Positions 32,172-42,829 of a stretch of DNA of 64,000 nt are shown here, piece after piece. Under the pieces are notes generated by a model that made no database searches, was not told the DNA's origin, and was given only the letters and a program-made list of their open reading frames with translations. The stretch covers positions 128,001 to 192,000 of the forward strand of contig CAVQQD010000001.1 of assembly GCA_963714975.1 (NCBI GenBank), written 5' to 3'. The stretch's first letter is position 1; each line of letters opens with the position of its first letter. The stretch is from an uncultured Gammaproteobacteria bacterium. GTDB lineage: Bacteria > Pseudomonadota > Gammaproteobacteria > JAURND01. The position numbers and the translations under genes are program-made.

Positions 32172-33404
32172 TTACAACTCTACTATATATCTAGGTAAAA
32201 AAACTTGTTGTTTCACCTTAATATTTGAAACCTTATCAATTTTATACGCTTTAATCTGATTCATACTAATGCCTCCTTTCATTAACTCAACAGCATATAA
32301 AAGCAGATTTCCTGTGTTTTTTTTTCTTAAAGAGTAAGGTTCTATTAGGCGTTTAATTTCATTGTAGTCAATTTCAACACACAATCTATTTCTGGCGGCA
32401 TATCGAATATGATCAATTTCTCTAGAGTCAGAAATACGGGCAGAAGTCCTAAAATTAGTTCTTCTTGTTTGCATTATTCCAAGTTCAGGAAAATAAGTGC
32501 GAGGGATAGATGTTTCTCCTTTTTCATATGAAATTTCTTGGAGAGGTGATTCTGCCGGGTGCTCGTCTATCCACCAAGAAAGCGCTGGCCTTAAATCACT
32601 ATAAAAACTTTCAGCAGGGGGTAGCATTTCCAATTGATGACCAAGTTGGTCTTTCCAGGCAGCTTTTAATTGCGACAAATCAAGTTGAGAAAATATAAGA
32701 TCAACAGTTGGCATTGGTAATGATTTAAATGCAAATTTTTTCACCAATCCATTTCTGGCCACGTCAATATTTATATGCTCTCTAAAATTGCGACTTATGT
32801 TTACTATATCGTAGATATCTCTTGCTCTTCCTTGTCGTTCAAAAATGGCACGAGTTTTTTCGGCCAATATTTCATTTACAGAGTAGCATTTGATTTTTGC
32901 GGCCGGGGCTGGCGCGTCACTATACATATGAAAAATATTGCGCATGTCATGGGCGTCAACGATTATTTCATCGTCGGTAATGTCAAATTTTATTCGTTGT
33001 TGGTTTCTTGCAGGGAGGTTTAATGGTCCTAGATAAGTATATTTTGCAACATAAGTTTTGCGATTATTTTTATTGAAGCTTTCTTTAACTTCTATTTCGC
33101 GGGTTCTTAAATTAATGCCGGAATTTTCATAAATAAAATCTGCAATATCCTTCAGAGCTATTTTAATATCATTTTCATTATATATGGCGCCTTTGGGTAC
33201 GGTGAAATCTAGATCTTCAGAAAATCTATATGTTTCAAAATAACATTTTTTTAGGCATGTTCCTCCCTTAAAAAACCATTCAGAAATTTTTGCATTTTGT
33301 GAAATTCCATATAGAATCCAGCTTAAAATATAATCTTTTTCTACAGTTGTTGGCAGTAACTGTAAGGTACTGGCCAGAGAAGTTATATCTTGTTTTGTGA
33401 TCAT
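32172..33404 (-). CDS. AbiEii-family nucleotidyltransferase toxin with C-terminal WYL-like domain
   Basis: VEKDY, FKGGTCLKKCY, RFSEDLDF, EILAEK and RARDIYD motifs. C-terminal IDY...RLIEPYSL...LLYA...IKAYKIDKVSNI. Confidence 0.85.
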   Translation of the reverse strand: MITKQDITSLASTLQLLPTTVEKDYILSWILYGISQNAKISEWFFKGGTCLKKCYFETYRFSEDLDFTVPKGAIYNENDIKIALKDIADFIYENSGINLRTREIEVKESFNKNNRKTYVAKYTYLGPLNLPARNQQRIKFDITDDEIIVDAHDMRNIFHMYSDAPAPAAKIKCYSVNEILAEKTRAIFERQGRARDIYDIVNISRNFREHINIDVARNGLVKKFAFKSLPMPTVDLIFSQLDLSQLKAAWKDQLGHQLEMLPPAESFYSDLRPALSWWIDEHPAESPLQEISYEKGETSIPRTYFPELGIMQTRRTNFRTSARISDSREIDHIRYAARNRLCVEIDYNEIKRLIEPYSLRKKNTGNLLLYAVELMKGGISMNQIKAYKIDKVSNIKVKQQVFLPRYIVEL

Positions 33405-34225
33405 GCAATATCGCCTAAAGGAATATTAACCCGAATTCCCCATTTAGTAATGATTGGCCCCGAAATTGGTCCATGTGGATCGAGCTTAATGATTCCGGCT
33501 TTAATATTTGTGTGTAAATTTTCCAGCAACGATGTCGGAAATCGTCCAAATTTTTCTGCTAGAAATCCTAATCGTTTGAAAACAGCGCCATGTCCTAATT
33601 TTTCAGCATATTGGCATAATATCTCTGAATTTGCTTCTTTTTGCTTAAAATATTCTTTAACGATATCCACGCTATGCCGTCCACCTCCACCAATTTTTGG
33701 GTCATCTAATATGTCAATTATGGTTCGATGGATATCTGCAATCTGCACTTGTGTATTGCTAGACCATATCTTTTTTGTGCCAAAAATATCACTGAGTGGA
33801 ATTGTTTTAGTTTCATATTTTAAACTGGCAATTAAAATTTCTCTTTTTCGTTGTTTTTGTGTTGTAAATATAATGGTCGAATTAAAAATTTGTTCTGTTA
33901 ATTCCCAATGTTCAGCAGCTGTCCAACCAGAAATATAGCAGGGGGAAAATAGCTCTACAGCAATAGCCCAAGCATCTTCTGGTGTAGGATTTGTGCTTTC
34001 AGACCCAAGGGGAATAATGCGATAAGCTCCTGAACGAAGTCGCTGTATCCAGCCTTTTTTGCAAAGGCGGGAGAGCATTAGGTTCGACGTTGCCCTACTG
34101 AAATCTAACTGATTTTCTAAATCAGTTGCACGTATAACAGGTTTCCCTAGGCGGCTCATCACATCAAGAACATGTCTTTCCAATGAACCTATTCCGGCTT
34201 GAGGGTCAATGTATTCTGGGTTCAT
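33401..34225 (-). CDS. AbiEi-family type IV antitoxin / transcriptional regulator
   Basis: N-terminal wHTH LSRLCKKGWIQRLRSGAY, then YISGWTAAEHWELTEQI, RTIID and KRLGFL. ATGA overlap with the toxin. Confidence 0.87.
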   Translation of the reverse strand: MNPEYIDPQAGIGSLERHVLDVMSRLGKPVIRATDLENQLDFSRATSNLMLSRLCKKGWIQRLRSGAYRIIPLGSESTNPTPEDAWAIAVELFSPCYISGWTAAEHWELTEQIFNSTIIFTTQKQRKREILIASLKYETKTIPLSDIFGTKKIWSSNTQVQIADIHRTIIDILDDPKIGGGGRHSVDIVKEYFKQKEANSEILCQYAEKLGHGAVFKRLGFLAEKFGRFPTSLLENLHTNIKAGIIKLDPHGPISGPIITKWGIRVNIPLGDIA

Positions 34226-34423
34226 ATAATAGCTTAATAAGTTATTAATTGCAGTTTAAATATAACACTAATTATATTATAGGTGCGAATAAATTCTTAA
34301 TAAGATGTTTTTAACACTTTAAATATAATCGTATTCCACTTTATAATAAAGGATTGATGAGGGACCAAAGAACCACACGTATCTAGCTTGCAACGCGATA
34401 TGTGACAAAGAGTAACCATTGGA

Positions 34424-35875
34424 TCATTCACCGTTATCCTGCCACGCGAGGTCCAATTCCTTAGCCGCTTTAACATCATCGAGACGCCGCACTGGCAAGG
34501 TGTAGGGGGCGCCTTTGACTAGCTCGGGATCAGTGGTAGCTTCCTGGTACACTTTGGCCATTACCTCAACAAATTCATCAAGCACTTGTTTAGTTTCAGT
34601 TTCCGTGGGTTCAATCAACATACATTCAGGGATAATCAGCGGAAAGTAAATGGTGGGAGCATGGATGCCATAATCCAACAAGCGCTTGGCAAAATCTCGG
34701 GCATTGACATCGCATTGCTTGGCAATTTTTTGCAAAGTTACAATAAATTCATGGCTCGCGCGACGTTGTGGGAAAGCCAGCGTAAAACCGGCTTGTTCCA
34801 AACGTTTCGCTAAGTAATTCGCATTTAAGGTGGCAAATTCTGCGACCCGCAATAAGCCCTTGCGACCTAGCAGACGTAGGTAAATATAGGCACGAATTAA
34901 CACCCCAGCATTGCCCATAAACGTGGATAACCGCCCAATCGTTTCGGGAAAATCTTGCTCACCCAGCCAACACCACTGATCGCCCTGTTTACCCACTCTG
35001 GGGATTGGTAAAAAAGGTGTTAATTTTTCCACGACAGCCACGGGTCCGGCCCCCGGTCCGCCGCCACCATGCGGGGTGGAAAAAGTTTTATGCAAGTTGA
35101 GATGAATCACGTCAAAGCCCATATCACTTGGCCGCGCTTTGCCTAAAATGGCGTTTAAATTGGCGCCATCGTAATACAATAGTCCGCCAGCCGCATGAAC
35201 TAAATCGGCGATTTCGCGGATGTTGCTTTCAAACACCCCTAAGGTGGAGGGATTGGTGAGCATAATTCCTGCTGTCGTCGGTCCGAGGGCTGCTTGCAAT
35301 GCGGCTAAATCAACATTACCCTCTTTATCGCTGGGGATTTCTTTCACCGTATAACCACACATCGCCGCCGAAGCGGGGTTGGTGCCATGAGCAGTATCAG
35401 GAACTAAAATTTCCGTGCGAGCAAAATCGCCCCGCCCTTGATGATAAGCACGAATAATCGCCACGCCAGCAAATTCGCCTTGGGCCCCTGCCATTGGGCT
35501 TAACGCTACCTCAGCCATGCCAGTGATAATCTTGAGATATTCTTGTAGTTCATAGAGACATTCTAGATAACCTTGGCTAAATTGTGGCAAAGAAAGCGGG
35601 TGCCGATTGGCGATGTCGGGTAAAAATGCCAAGCGGTGCGCACGTGGATTATATTTCATTGTGCACGAGCCTAGGGGGTAAAAATTTGTGTCGATAGAAA
35701 AGTTTAGACGAGAAAGTCGGGTGTAGTGGCGCACCACTTGTAACTCGGATACTGCGGGTAATTTTGGCGGTTTGGTGCGCAGCAATGAAGCGGGAATTGC
35801 GCTGACAGAGTGGTTAATTAGCGGCGCCTGCGCTGTAGCGCGTCGGCCAGGTACGGAATATTCAAAAATTAGCAT
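34424..35875 (-). CDS. gcvPB: Glycine dehydrogenase subunit 2
   Basis: [38 protein letters not shown] and IEPTETE motifs. Confidence 0.96.
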   Translation of the reverse strand: MLIFEYSVPGRRATAQAPLINHSVSAIPASLLRTKPPKLPAVSELQVVRHYTRLSRLNFSIDTNFYPLGSCTMKYNPRAHRLAFLPDIANRHPLSLPQFSQGYLECLYELQEYLKIITGMAEVALSPMAGAQGEFAGVAIIRAYHQGRGDFARTEILVPDTAHGTNPASAAMCGYTVKEIPSDKEGNVDLAALQAALGPTTAGIMLTNPSTLGVFESNIREIADLVHAAGGLLYYDGANLNAILGKARPSDMGFDVIHLNLHKTFSTPHGGGGPGAGPVAVVEKLTPFLPIPRVGKQGDQWCWLGEQDFPETIGRLSTFMGNAGVLIRAYIYLRLLGRKGLLRVAEFATLNANYLAKRLEQAGFTLAFPQRRASHEFIVTLQKIAKQCDVNARDFAKRLLDYGIHAPTIYFPLIIPECMLIEPTETETKQVLDEFVEVMAKVYQEATTDPELVKGAPYTLPVRRLDDVKAAKELDLAWQDNGE

Positions 35876-37326
35876 GTTTTGCCTCCAGCCAATAAATCCT
35901 CGGCATTATTCCTTCTCCCCTTGTGGGAGAAGGTGGCCGTAGGCCGGATGAGGGGTGGTGGGTTAGGAAGAGGGGGTAATCCCTTTAATACACTAACCAA
36001 AGTATCCAAGTCCTCAACCGTTTTCGTTTCCGTCGTACAAAGTAACAATGCTTGCCCCAATTCAGGATAAAAGGGCGTTAAGTCCAGGCCTCCTTGAATT
36101 CCTTGCTTGGCCAAACCGTCAAGTATTTGTGCCACGGGTTTTTTGCAACGCACAACCCACTCATGAAAAAATGGCCGGCTAAATATCTGCTCGATCCCTT
36201 CGATTTCGCGCAATCGTTCTGATAAGTACACTGCATTGTGGTGACTGCTAGCCGCTACGCGACGTAAGCCCTCAGCTCCCAGCAGACTCATATAAATAGT
36301 GGCAGCCACCACCATTAAGCCTTGGTTGGTGCAAATGTTGGAAGTCGCTTTGGAGCGCCGAATGTGTTGCTCCCTAGCTTGCAGGGTAAGAGTGAAGCCA
36401 GTTTTTCCCTCTACATCCACAGTGCGGCCGATGATGCGGCCTGGCATTTGTCGGACATAAGTTTGTTTGCAGCAGAGAAAGCCAAAATAAGGCCCGCCCG
36501 AAGCAAGGGGAATTCCTAGAGGCTGGCCTTCACCACAAACAATATCCGCGCCTTCACTGCCCCAGCAGCCAGGTTCTTTAAGTAACGCCAATGAGGTCGG
36601 GTTGACCAAAGCAATGGACATCATGTTGCGGCGGCGTGCCCAATCAGTCAATTCATCCACTTCTTCGAGTACCCCGAAGAAATTAGGTTGGGGAATGATC
36701 AAAGCATTGTGCTCATCCGTGTCGTATTGAGCCAAGGTCGCAAGATCAATATGCCCGGTGTTTTGATTGTAAGGTATTTCCACAATTTCTAGTGCTTGAG
36801 GGGCAACGATGCTACGAATGGTAGCGCGGTAATAAGGGTGTACGGTTTTGGGAACTAAAATGCGCTTGCTTTTAGAGCATCGATTGGCGCGCACCGCCAT
36901 GAGAATGGCTTCGGCTAAAGCCGAGGCGCCATCGTAGAGTGAAGCATTCGAGACGTCCATGCCGGTTAATTGCGTCATCATGGATTGATATTCGTAAATC
37001 AATTGCAAGCTGCCTTGGCTGGCTTCGGCTTGATAAGGGGTGTAGCAGGTGAGAAATTCACCACGACTAATTAAATCTAAAATTGCCGAAGGAACATGAT
37101 GTCCATAAGCGCCCGCACCGATAAAGCAGAGCTCAGCATGGTCTTTTTTCATGCGTTTTTGCAGTAGTTGCGTGACTTCTAACTCGGATAATGCTTCGGG
37201 CATTCCAGGCAAATCGTCAATGCGCAACTCAGGTGAAATCTCGCTAAATAAGTCCTCGATCTGAGTTAACCCTAGGGTAGCAAGCATTTCGGTAATTTCA
37301 GCTTCGGTGTGTGGGATGAAAGGCAT
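35869..37326 (-). CDS. gcvPA: Glycine dehydrogenase subunit 1
   Basis: [25 protein letters not shown] and [18 protein letters not shown] motifs. Confidence 0.96.
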   Translation of the reverse strand: MPFIPHTEAEITEMLATLGLTQIEDLFSEISPELRIDDLPGMPEALSELEVTQLLQKRMKKDHAELCFIGAGAYGHHVPSAILDLISRGEFLTCYTPYQAEASQGSLQLIYEYQSMMTQLTGMDVSNASLYDGASALAEAILMAVRANRCSKSKRILVPKTVHPYYRATIRSIVAPQALEIVEIPYNQNTGHIDLATLAQYDTDEHNALIIPQPNFFGVLEEVDELTDWARRRNMMSIALVNPTSLALLKEPGCWGSEGADIVCGEGQPLGIPLASGGPYFGFLCCKQTYVRQMPGRIIGRTVDVEGKTGFTLTLQAREQHIRRSKATSNICTNQGLMVVAATIYMSLLGAEGLRRVAASSHHNAVYLSERLREIEGIEQIFSRPFFHEWVVRCKKPVAQILDGLAKQGIQGGLDLTPFYPELGQALLLCTTETKTVEDLDTLVSVLKGLPPLPNPPPLIRPTATFSHKGRRNNAEDLLAGGKTC

Positions 37327-37337
37327 AAATATCTCGG

Positions 37338-37730
37338 CTATTCTTCGGCTATATTATTGGCGTACCCTTCAGCAGATAATAAATGAGTCAAGTCTGCTGG
37401 ATCATTGATGCGGAGTTGGCACAGCCAGCCTTCCCCATAGGGGTCGTTGTTCATCAGCTCGGGGTGGTTGTTTAAAGCGGTATTGACGGCAACAACTTCG
37501 CTGGCCACAGGTGCGTAAACATCAGCCGCTGCTTTTACGGATTCTACGACAGCGCAATTGTCGCGGGAAGCTAATTTCGTTTCTAGTTGCGGAAGTTCAA
37601 CAAAAACAATATCGCCTAGTAGTTCCTGAGCATGGTCGGTGACGCCGAGAGTGATTATGCCATCTTTTTCCTCGCGGACCCATTCGTGGCTAGTCGTGTA
37701 TTTTAAGTGAGTGGGAATTTGGCTGCTCAT
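37338..37730 (-). CDS. gcvH: Glycine cleavage system H protein
   Basis: [20 protein letters not shown] (lipoyl Lys) and DPYGEGW motifs. Confidence 0.96.
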   Translation of the reverse strand: MSSQIPTHLKYTTSHEWVREEKDGIITLGVTDHAQELLGDIVFVELPQLETKLASRDNCAVVESVKAAADVYAPVASEVVAVNTALNNHPELMNNDPYGEGWLCQLRINDPADLTHLLSAEGYANNIAEE

Positions 37731-38824
37731 GGTTTGTCCCTCAAAATTAGAAAACGTGGTTTTACGATGCGAGCCGGAGCGCGCTGATCGCGGATTTGTA
37801 CCCAGCAGTGTTGGGCTTCGATATTCGGTATGCGGGCAAGTGCGATTGCTCGTTGTAACGTTGGGGAGAAGCTACCACTGGTAATTTCGCCTTCGATGGT
37901 TTGGGTCCCGCAATCAAGTTGCGGGATGATCACTTTCTGATGGCTGCGCATTACCCCTTTTTGTTCTAATACGAGGCCAACCAATCGCCATTTGATTTGG
38001 TCTTTTTGGGCTTCTAGTGCTGCTCGGCCTATAAAATTTCGATCCGCAGGGTTCCAAGCAATCGTCCAGCCTAAGTTAGATTCTAGGGGAGAGGTGGTCT
38101 CATCCATATCTGACCCATATAAATTTAAACCAGCTTCCAGACGTAAAGTGTCACGCGCACCCAGGCCGCAAGGTTTGATGCCAGCAGCAAGCAGTTGCTC
38201 CCAAAATTCAGCGGCGCTAGCAGCGGGGAGCATAATTTCCAGACCGTCCTCACCGGTGTAACCGGTATGGGCAATGCAATGCGTTTGATATTCAATAACG
38301 GCAAAATGCGCCATGGATTGGATTAAAGCATAAGCATCAGGTGGATAAACTTGGACTATTTTGTGAATCGCCTGGGGTCCTTGTACCGCAATAATTGCTA
38401 AGTCTGCACGTGGAGTAACTTGAACCGAAAATTCTTTGGCATGATGCTCCACCCAGGCAATATCTTTTTCGCGCGTGCTGGCGTTCACTACCAGGCGGTA
38501 TTGCTGTTCACCCAGACGGTAGACAATCAGATCATCGACCACGCCGCCTTGCCCATTGAGCATACAACTGTAGAGCGCTTTGCCTGGGTTTGTTAACTTA
38601 GCAACGTCATTGGCCAGCAGATAACGTAAATAAGCAGTTGCTTCAGAGCCACTGAGGTCAATAATGGTCATGTGGGAAACGTCAAACATGCCAGCATCAT
38701 TGCGAACCTGCAGGTGCTCTTCAATTTGAGAGCCATAATGCAAGGGCATATCCCAACCTGCGAAATCAACTAGTTTCCCGCCTGCCTGTTGGTGGTTTTG
38801 AAAGAGGGCTGTTCTGTTTGCCAT
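37727..38824 (-). CDS. gcvT: Aminomethyltransferase
   Basis: [22 protein letters not shown] and [13 protein letters not shown] motifs. Confidence 0.96.
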   Translation of the reverse strand: MANRTALFQNHQQAGGKLVDFAGWDMPLHYGSQIEEHLQVRNDAGMFDVSHMTIIDLSGSEATAYLRYLLANDVAKLTNPGKALYSCMLNGQGGVVDDLIVYRLGEQQYRLVVNASTREKDIAWVEHHAKEFSVQVTPRADLAIIAVQGPQAIHKIVQVYPPDAYALIQSMAHFAVIEYQTHCIAHTGYTGEDGLEIMLPAASAAEFWEQLLAAGIKPCGLGARDTLRLEAGLNLYGSDMDETTSPLESNLGWTIAWNPADRNFIGRAALEAQKDQIKWRLVGLVLEQKGVMRSHQKVIIPQLDCGTQTIEGEITSGSFSPTLQRAIALARIPNIEAQHCWVQIRDQRAPARIVKPRFLILRDKP

Positions 38825-38899
38825 AATTTGTTTTCCACTGCGAGGCGGGAATTATACATCATGGGACCATTAGCAAACAATGCTACTAGCCAGGGTTGG

Positions 38900-41488
38900 T
38901 TATGTGAATCTTTTTAATATTTTTTCGATATCAACCCCAGTCTTGTGAATGGATTGCCAAATATCTCCTTCACGTGCCAAGCGTTTCATAATGTTTTTAA
39001 TTGTAAATTGCAGTGGGGTTAGTCCTGGCCGTACTTCATGCCAATGCAAGGGCGTAGAAACAGGGGCTTCGGGATGAGGTCGAATTGAATAAGGAGCAGC
39101 TACAGTTTGCCCATAGCGATTTTGTAAAAAATCCAGATATATCTTGCCGTTACGTCGTGCAGGTAAGCGTTCCATACTGGTTATTTGCGGGAGTTCTTGG
39201 TGAATGTAGGAGCAAATAAGTTCAGCAAATTGCCTCGATTGCTCAAAGGTATATTTGCCCCTTAAAGGAAGATAAATATGCATACCGGATGCTCCTGAAG
39301 TTTTACAGTAGTGAGCTATGTCCAGCTTTGCTAGAAATTTATGAATAAAAGCAGCCACCTCAATCACTACCGCAAATTCAACTCCTTCAGGATCGAGGTC
39401 GAGCACACAAAAATTCGGTTTTGCAATATTAGTATATCTTGCTAGCCAAGGGTTCATTTCGATGCAGCCTAAATTGGCCATATAAAGTAAACTAAATTTA
39501 TTTTTACAGATTAAGTAATTAATTTTATGTTTTTCAGTTTCAGAATAGAGCGGCAGAGTTTCTAATCCGGGGATTTTGTATTTCAGGTTTTTTTGATAAA
39601 AATGCTCACCATGAATCCCGTTAGGAAAACGATGTAAAACCTGCGGATAGTTTTTTAAATACGGCAAAATAAACTTAGCAATATCTGAGTAATATTCGAT
39701 TAAATCTCTTTTAGTGTAGCCAGACTCAGGCCAAAAAATTTTATTGAGGTTGGTTATTTTTAAGCGATCTATTAATCCTTCTCCCCTTGTGGGAGAAGGT
39801 GGCCGTAGGCCGGATGAGGGGTGGTCTCCAAATTTCCTCTCCCCCGCCCGAGCGCTAGCGAGGGAAGGTGGGAGAGGGTTAGGGAGAGGGGGTGGTGGAC
39901 TTAGCTCCCCCCTCATCCGCCTTCGGCACCTTCTCCCACAAGGGGAGAAGGAAAAATGTCGACTACTCGACTCTATATAAACCGAGCGCGCTAATTTGTC
40001 TTCTCTTATTCCAAGAAAAGCAGGTTGCCGCATGTAGCCTTGGGTGGTCCACTCGTGAAAAGCGACTTCACATACCAATTGTGGCTTTAACCAAGTGACC
40101 GGAGAATTGGTTTTCGGAACTTTTGCAAAGGGTGATTTTGCTTGCATTAAACGATCAAGACGCGGTTTTAATTCTTTGATGAATTGGTCTGTAAAACCCG
40201 TGCCAGTATGACCAATATATTTTAAGTGTCCTCTTTCATAAACTCCTAAGATCAGAGCACCTAATAATTTTCTACTACCTCGCGGCGCAGTATAGCCACA
40301 AATGACAGCTTCTTGTTGCAGACGCGACTTAATTTTCAACCAGCTGTGACTACGCTTGCCGGCTTGGTAAAAACTCTTCGCATCTTTAGCCATAATACCT
40401 TCGAGGTGCAGTGATTTAGCTAATTTAAAAAACTTTTTTCCAGTTCCTTCAATATGGTCACTGATTTGCACTTGCTGCAGAGGGGGAAGTATATCGCCGA
40501 GTAATTGCTGTCTTTTTATTAAGGGAAGTTCGCGCAAGTCGTGATGGTTCAACCAAATTAAATCAAAAATATAATAGACTAAACGACCTCCACCTTCGGG
40601 ATATTGTTGCATTAATTCAAAATGCGAAATTCCTTGATTATCAATTACCACCATTTCGCCATCAAAGACTGCTTGCACATCCAGCCTAGCTAAAACCGCT
40701 GCGATTTCTGCAAAAGCTTGCGTATAATCCTGATGATTACGACTATAGAGTTTAACTCGTTTATGATCGACGAATGCCAAAATACGATAACCATCCCATT
40801 TTATTTCAAAGAACCATTCCGGATGATCAAAAGGCTTATTCACTAAGGTAGCTAACATTGGAGCAACGAGTTTTGGCATAGGAACACTTGGAGTTGAAGA
40901 TAAATCGAAATTTTTTTTTTGGTGATCCAGTTGTTCTAATGTTAGACCACTGCGTACAGAATTTTCAGGTAAACCAGTTTTTTTTATGCTGGAATTTTCT
41001 TTGGATTTAATTAATAACCAAGCATTTTTTTGGGGACTCTTTATTTTTATCAAGGAAAATTTTCCGGAAAGTTTTTTCCCATGCAATTCAAAATCAAGAT
41101 GTCCAGCGTTTAAGGCATTAATAAAATATGTATTGAAATCTTTGCTTGGCTTTCCGGGATCATAACTGCCTTCGTCCCAAATAATTACCTTACCTGCGCC
41201 ATAATTTCCTTGGGGAATTATCCCCTCGAAGTCTTTATATTCATAAGGATGGTCTTCTACTTGGATCGCCAACCGCTTAACAGTTGGATTTAATGAAGGC
41301 CCTTTAGGAATAGCCCAACTTTTTAGTACACCATTCATTTCTAGACGGAAATCGTAATGCAAATGAGAGGCCGCGTGTTTTTGGATCACAAAGCGTAAAA
41401 GTTTTTGTTTTGTTTTTTTTCCCCGTGTTCCCTTGGGTTCAGGGCTTAGGTTAAAACGTCGTTTTTTCTGATATTCCTTAAGTGGCAT
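38900..41488 (-). CDS. ligD: NHEJ DNA ligase D (PE + ligase + polymerase domains)
   Basis: QKHAASHLHYDFRLE, EIKWDGYR, EGIMAK, DLDP and KTSGASGMH motifs. Confidence 0.95.
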   Translation of the reverse strand: MPLKEYQKKRRFNLSPEPKGTRGKKTKQKLLRFVIQKHAASHLHYDFRLEMNGVLKSWAIPKGPSLNPTVKRLAIQVEDHPYEYKDFEGIIPQGNYGAGKVIIWDEGSYDPGKPSKDFNTYFINALNAGHLDFELHGKKLSGKFSLIKIKSPQKNAWLLIKSKENSSIKKTGLPENSVRSGLTLEQLDHQKKNFDLSSTPSVPMPKLVAPMLATLVNKPFDHPEWFFEIKWDGYRILAFVDHKRVKLYSRNHQDYTQAFAEIAAVLARLDVQAVFDGEMVVIDNQGISHFELMQQYPEGGGRLVYYIFDLIWLNHHDLRELPLIKRQQLLGDILPPLQQVQISDHIEGTGKKFFKLAKSLHLEGIMAKDAKSFYQAGKRSHSWLKIKSRLQQEAVICGYTAPRGSRKLLGALILGVYERGHLKYIGHTGTGFTDQFIKELKPRLDRLMQAKSPFAKVPKTNSPVTWLKPQLVCEVAFHEWTTQGYMRQPAFLGIREDKLARSVYIESSSRHFSFSPCGRRCRRRMRGELSPPPPLPNPLPPSLASARAGERKFGDHPSSGLRPPSPTRGEGLIDRLKITNLNKIFWPESGYTKRDLIEYYSDIAKFILPYLKNYPQVLHRFPNGIHGEHFYQKNLKYKIPGLETLPLYSETEKHKINYLICKNKFSLLYMANLGCIEMNPWLARYTNIAKPNFCVLDLDPEGVEFAVVIEVAAFIHKFLAKLDIAHYCKTSGASGMHIYLPLRGKYTFEQSRQFAELICSYIHQELPQITSMERLPARRNGKIYLDFLQNRYGQTVAAPYSIRPHPEAPVSTPLHWHEVRPGLTPLQFTIKNIMKRLAREGDIWQSIHKTGVDIEKILKRFT
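39776..39952. repeat. 177-bp composite palindrome inserted in-frame in ligD
   Basis: Family-A hairpins in inverted orientation at both ends plus a central hairpin. Length is a multiple of 3. Confidence 0.85.
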
Positions 41489-41535
41489 TTACCCAGTCCC
41501 CCTGGCTTCATTCTAATTAACAGTATAGCTCAGGA

Positions 41536-42588
41536 TTATGGTGCGGGTTTCTCTAGCATATTGTGTTGACAGCTGCGAACATCCGCCTTAGCGGTTTCTC
41601 GTCCGTAAGTTGCCAATAAAACTAATTGTATCCCGCTAAGCACAAAACCTAACCCTGAATCCTGGAAATAAGACCCAGCTACGATTGAGATTAGCAACCC
41701 AAGTGTTGCGGAATTTTCAAGCGAATGCATAAACCAATCGCCGCGAAGTTGCCATTTTTGCGCCGTAGTCAATTGACCCTGAGTGTCATTTTTTTGATTA
41801 TACAGATTGACATACTGATTAGCTTTAGCAGCTAAAATGCCGAAAACGACGCACGAAATGCTTGCTACAATATAGGGACTAATATCATATTCAAAATTTG
41901 TTATCGGTACATTTAACCACTCCATTCCACTCGATTTAAAAAGCGGGTCCAAAATCCCAGCCACAACAAAAATAGCGACAAAACCATTAAGAAGCTTCCC
42001 TCCATAAGCGGCCTGAGTTGAAAGGTCTGGCTGTTTTTGACCTGTTTTTTCGGCTTCTTCTTGCTCTTTATTGTACCTCAAGATATTTTCTCGGTGACTG
42101 CGCACCGTCCCCCAAGCTGTAACCGCGCCGTAAGCTAATGAGAGTAGTTGTAATAAGATAAATTCCCAGTTATCAAGATGAGAGCTAGCGAAAATCGTGA
42201 TCAACAATGCCGGTACGGCAGCATTTTCGAGTGTCTGCATAACGAAATCGCCGACCAGGGCAGCTTTTTGATCTTGGTGAAGTTTGATCTCCGGATGCTT
42301 AGATTTTTGACAATGAAGATTCATGCATCTATGCGCTGCAGCCGATAAAATGCCCAAAGAAACGCAGAGAACCGCTGCTATCACATAGGGACTAATATCA
42401 TATTCAAAATTGGGTACAGGTACATTGAATAGGTTCCCCCCACTCGACCTAAAGAAAGGGTCAAGAATCTCAGCCACGACAAAAATAGCCGCCAATCCTT
42501 TGCTGAGTTCTCCTACATAAGCTGCGTAAGTCCAAACATCTGGGTGTCCATGATTATGCTCATGATTATGCTGGTGTTCACTCGACAT
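41536..42588 (-). CDS. Orphan membrane protein with internal duplication
   Basis: Two homologous halves (AAY...AIFVVA.ILDP.F.SSG...NVP..NFEYDISPY) and a His-rich N-terminus. Confidence 0.75.
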   Translation of the reverse strand: MSSEHQHNHEHNHGHPDVWTYAAYVGELSKGLAAIFVVAEILDPFFRSSGGNLFNVPVPNFEYDISPYVIAAVLCVSLGILSAAAHRCMNLHCQKSKHPEIKLHQDQKAALVGDFVMQTLENAAVPALLITIFASSHLDNWEFILLQLLSLAYGAVTAWGTVRSHRENILRYNKEQEEAEKTGQKQPDLSTQAAYGGKLLNGFVAIFVVAGILDPLFKSSGMEWLNVPITNFEYDISPYIVASISCVVFGILAAKANQYVNLYNQKNDTQGQLTTAQKWQLRGDWFMHSLENSATLGLLISIVAGSYFQDSGLGFVLSGIQLVLLATYGRETAKADVRSCQHNMLEKPAP

Positions 42589-42829
42589 TATTATTCCCCT
42601 CTTTTCGCTGGGGGCTTATTATTGCCTATTTGCGCGAAGTATACAAGATTACGGCAGAAATTAACCTTGATTTGCTAGAAAAAGCTCTCAAAAATTGCCG
42701 CACAGAATAGATTTCCGGGGCTATTCTCATAAACCTATGGCAATCATCGGAGTTTGTTTGTGCATTATCGCAAGACTTCACCCTCAGAACTATAATTGCT
42801 ACATAGGGAAAGAATACAACGGGGGTTAT

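Noticed and set aside
38825-38899. Glycine riboswitch upstream of gcvT
   Set aside because: Only about 75 bp of intergenic space and no recognisable aptamer motifs.
42695-42829. N-terminal extension of Ku
   Set aside because: Family similarity begins at ATG 42830, which has a G-rich RBS. The extension is an ORF-caller artefact. The same applies to the extended starts of trbG, trbJ, ritB and rpn.
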